Below, one piece after another: positions 61,087 through 64,000 of a stretch of 64,000 nucleotides of DNA. This DNA comes from a virus, in the IMG/VR virus record IMGVR_UViG_3300005663_000003, positions 1 to 64,000 of that record; one strand, written 5' to 3'. The notes under the pieces were generated by a model. It was not told the origin of the DNA. It saw only the letters and a program-made list of their open reading frames with translations, and searched no databases. A program made the position numbers and the translations under genes. Every line of letters begins with the position of its first letter. Position 1 is the stretch's first letter.

Positions 61087-61491
61087 ATGAAGAAACTCAA
61101 GTTTAGCAGGCGAAAGCTGGACAAGCTCTCGAAGGCCATGAGAGGACGCGGCGCCATCGCCGAGGCGATCGGCATGAGTCGCCCGGCGGTGGACCGCTAC
61201 TTCATCGGGAAGGCGATGCGGGCGGCGACATACGACAAACTGAACAAGCTCATCAAGAAACACAGCGGCGAGCAGGTCGAGGTCGACATCGGAACCGTGC
61301 CCGAGCCGAGGACTCTGGAGCAGGAGGGCGGCCACCTGTTCCGCCTGCTGTCCAAGGCGCTCGCGCGCAACTCGGGAGTGGAGGCGCTCGGAGCGCAGCT
61401 CACTCGGATCGAAGGCCGCATCACCAGGATCGAGGAGAACCAGCGCGCCAGTCTGAGCGCGTGGAACATGCCCCAGGAGGCAGGACGATGA
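61087..61491 (+). CDS. HTH DNA-binding protein
   Basis: RGAIAEAIGMSRPAVDRYFIG. Confidence 0.7.
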   Translation: MKKLKFSRRKLDKLSKAMRGRGAIAEAIGMSRPAVDRYFIGKAMRAATYDKLNKLIKKHSGEQVEVDIGTVPEPRTLEQEGGHLFRLLSKALARNSGVEALGAQLTRIEGRITRIEENQRASLSAWNMPQEAGR

Positions 61492-62360
61492 GCGACAACG
61501 GACACGGGATCACCACCGAGGTCGTGACCATCACGCCGACGATGGCGAAGAAGTGGCTAGCTGAAACCAACTACGAGGAGAACCGCAACATCAGCAGGGG
61601 CCGGGTCGATTACTACGCGCGGCAGATCCGCGACGGTCGATGGGCCCTCAACGGCGAGACGATCATCTTCGACACCGAGGGCGGGCTGCTCAACGGTCAG
61701 CACCGCCTAGAAGCAATCATCAAGGCGAAGAAGTCGGCGGTGGTTCTCGTCGTGCGGGGCGTCAAGGAGTCCGCGTTCTCGACCATGGACCAGGGCTACA
61801 ACCGCAACGCGGGCCAGGTAATGGGGATGAAGGGTCTGAAGAACGCCAGCCTCAGGGCGGCGATTTGCCGGGCCCTGTTCATCTGGGAGGTCTCCGGCGG
61901 GCGGCTAAAGAACTACGGCAAGATCAGCCCCGACGAGCTGATGATGGTCCAGGACATCTACGCCGAGGAGATCGACGCGGCGACCTCCTACTCGAACCGA
62001 TGCCGTGGTGAGGTCCCTATGTCCAGCGGCGTCATCGGCCTCGGGCACATCCTCTTCACCAGGGCCAGGTCGACGAAGTGCGAAGAGTTCCTCCGGGTCT
62101 TCGAGGACGGGCTAACCGCCATCGCCGGACACCCCGCGCTCGTCCTCAGGCGTCGGCTGATGAAGGACAAGATGAAGGACCGCCAGCTTCCCTTCGATGC
62201 ACAGTGGGCGGCCATGATCCGAGCGTGGAATGCCTACGACAAGGGCGAGACGATCCGCACCATCATCGTCAAGCGCAACCCCGATGGCGAGTGGGTTCAG
62301 CAGGCCATCCGTGGACTCGGCGCGAAGGCCAAGCAGACGAAGCTCAAGGGCGTGAGCTGA
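61488..62360 (+). CDS. Phage ParB/Srx-like protein
   Basis: ITPTMAKKWL..NRNIS..YARQI..GRWALNGETI.FD..G.LLNGQHRLEAI. Confidence 0.85.
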   Translation: MSDNGHGITTEVVTITPTMAKKWLAETNYEENRNISRGRVDYYARQIRDGRWALNGETIIFDTEGGLLNGQHRLEAIIKAKKSAVVLVVRGVKESAFSTMDQGYNRNAGQVMGMKGLKNASLRAAICRALFIWEVSGGRLKNYGKISPDELMMVQDIYAEEIDAATSYSNRCRGEVPMSSGVIGLGHILFTRARSTKCEEFLRVFEDGLTAIAGHPALVLRRRLMKDKMKDRQLPFDAQWAAMIRAWNAYDKGETIRTIIVKRNPDGEWVQQAIRGLGAKAKQTKLKGVS

Positions 62361-62773
62361 TGGGCGGCGTCAAGCGCGCCACGTTCGCGTGCCCCTACTG
62401 CGGGCACGTCAACGTGGCGGCGGCGTCGAGCCTGAACGAAGGCGACAAGCTCGCGCGGTGCGACGCCGAGGAGAGCGGATGCGATCGTCAGTTCGTCGTG
62501 CGCTGGAACATCGCGGCGTCGGCGCGCGGCGTCGGCATCACCGACGAGCTGCCGAAGGTAATGAAGGAGGAGGGCTGATGGCCGACCCAAACGAGACGGC
62601 CATCATCCTCAACGTGGTCGACGCGGTCGACAAGTGTGACACGCTGCCCGAGGTCATCGCGGCTCTCGTCGGAGCGGCCAACGATCTTGGCGCGTTCAAG
62701 AACATCGGAACCTGGGAGCTGGAGTCCCACCCCGAGCACGGCATCGTGAGGCTCGTGAGAAAGTCGGACAACC

Positions 62774-63625
62774 GTGGCAATTGACACCAAAATTGAGTGG
62801 GCCGACAGCACTTTCAACCCGTGGTGGGGCTGCACGAAGATCAGCCCCGCTTGCGACAACTGCTACGCGGCGGCGACCGCCGCGCGGTGGGGCAAGGATG
62901 TCTGGGGTCAGGGCGTCGAACGCGAGAAGAAGATCGGAACCTGGAACGAGATGCGAAAGCTCAACCGGGCAACGGCGCAGGCAATCGATGACGCGGTCGA
63001 GCTTCACCGACCACAGCCCCAGATGCCGCGCGTGTTCTGTGCGTCGATGGCAGACGTCTTCGACGCCGAGGTTGCGCAAGCCTGGCGTGAGGAGTTGTGG
63101 AACCTGATCGACGAGTGCGGACACCTGGTGTTCATGCTCCTCACGAAGCGTCCTGGAAATATCCGCAGGATGCTCCCGGACCGTTGGCAGGAAGAAGGTA
63201 TCCCCGAGCGGGTCTGGATCGGCACGACCGTCGAGAGTGACGACTACCGCTGGCGAATCGACGAGCTGATGCGCGTCCCGGCTGCGGTCAGGTTCCTCTC
63301 GGTCGAGCCCATGCTGGGCCCGGTCAACCTCGCCAGCCATCTCGGTCTCGGCCCGCTGCCCAACGGGGAGCGTGCGGAGCATGGAGGTCGCGGCATCCAC
63401 TGGGTCATCTGCGGCGGCGAGTCCGGTCGCGGGTCGAGGCCGATGGAACTGGCGTGGGCGCGCGACCTGCGTGACCAGTGCGTGGCCTCGGACACTCCGT
63501 TCTTTTTTAAACAATGGGGACAGCACGACGCCCAGGGCAAGCGCGTCAAGTCGAAGCACGACGCGGGCCGCAGTCTCGACGGCGTCATCTGGAACCAGCT
63601 CCCGGCGGGGCTGGTGCGGGAGTGA
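62774..63625 (+). CDS. DUF5131 (phage Gp37/Gp68) radical-SAM-like protein
   Basis: TKIEWADSTFNPWWGCTKISPACDNCYA; LLTKRP; SVEPMLG; WVICGGESG; FFFKQWG. Confidence 0.92.
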   Translation: MAIDTKIEWADSTFNPWWGCTKISPACDNCYAAATAARWGKDVWGQGVEREKKIGTWNEMRKLNRATAQAIDDAVELHRPQPQMPRVFCASMADVFDAEVAQAWREELWNLIDECGHLVFMLLTKRPGNIRRMLPDRWQEEGIPERVWIGTTVESDDYRWRIDELMRVPAAVRFLSVEPMLGPVNLASHLGLGPLPNGERAEHGGRGIHWVICGGESGRGSRPMELAWARDLRDQCVASDTPFFFKQWGQHDAQGKRVKSKHDAGRSLDGVIWNQLPAGLVRE

Positions 63626-64000
63626 ACAAGCTCCGCGAGCTGCTAGCGCTTTTGAAGAAGCTCCAGACCATCGACAACACGGGGGACGCTGCGATGATGG
63701 CGGGGGACTTGCAGGACCCCGCCTACACCATCGAGCTGGAGAAGATCGTTAGCGGCACTCGGGATGCCGATCTGTTCAGCGCCTACTTGGAATGGATGCT
63801 AGAAGACGCTGGCGGGCAGGGGCTACAAGACGTCATCGTTTCACGGCCTGGATACTTCGAGTGGCGACAGGCACTATGAGCGACTACCCCGAGCACGACA
63901 AGATGCGCGAGGTCAAGCCCAAGAGCCAAGCCATCGGCGAGTTCCTCGAATGGCTGGAGGAACAGGGCATCTGGTTGGCGAACCACGCCGACAGCGACGT

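Larger units (their letters stand above)
1..64000 (+). mobile_element. Tailed phage genome segment (siphovirus-like; prophage or free phage not determinable)
   Basis: Terminase, portal, protease, capsid, neck, tail tube, chaperone frameshift, tape measure and tail-tip genes in canonical order. No sheath gene and no host housekeeping genes recognised. Confidence 0.95.

Overview
This window is a 64-kb stretch of a GC-rich, long-tailed (siphovirus-type) dsDNA phage genome. Almost all genes are on the + strand, and no integrase, replication or lysis genes were recognised. The head module is unusually dispersed: an HTH-fused terminase, a decoration-like gene, portal, a putative head morphogenesis protein, protease-scaffold and an SU10-like major capsid, interleaved with about 40 small accessory ORFs. 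Next come the neck, tail tube, a tail chaperone with a G GGA AAG -1 frameshift, the tape measure, and about 25 kb of tail/appendage genes including a methyltransferase-GT2-TPR fusion. The end of the window is an early-type region built from repeated promoter cassettes. Most notable observations: (1) an ORF missed by the ORF track (17161-17358) with an in-frame TGA in a Cys-rich context, followed by a hairpin resembling a bacterial SECIS, i.e. a candidate phage selenoprotein; (2) an RNA island with a circularly permuted tRNA-like (YrlA/Y-RNA-like) element next to an initiator-like tRNA(CAT); (3) four copies of a conserved direct-repeat promoter cassette predicted to make leaderless mRNAs; (4) inserted genes flanked by duplicated or recoded copies of neighbouring gene ends. 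All calls come from motif recognition by eye; no searches or folding programs were run.
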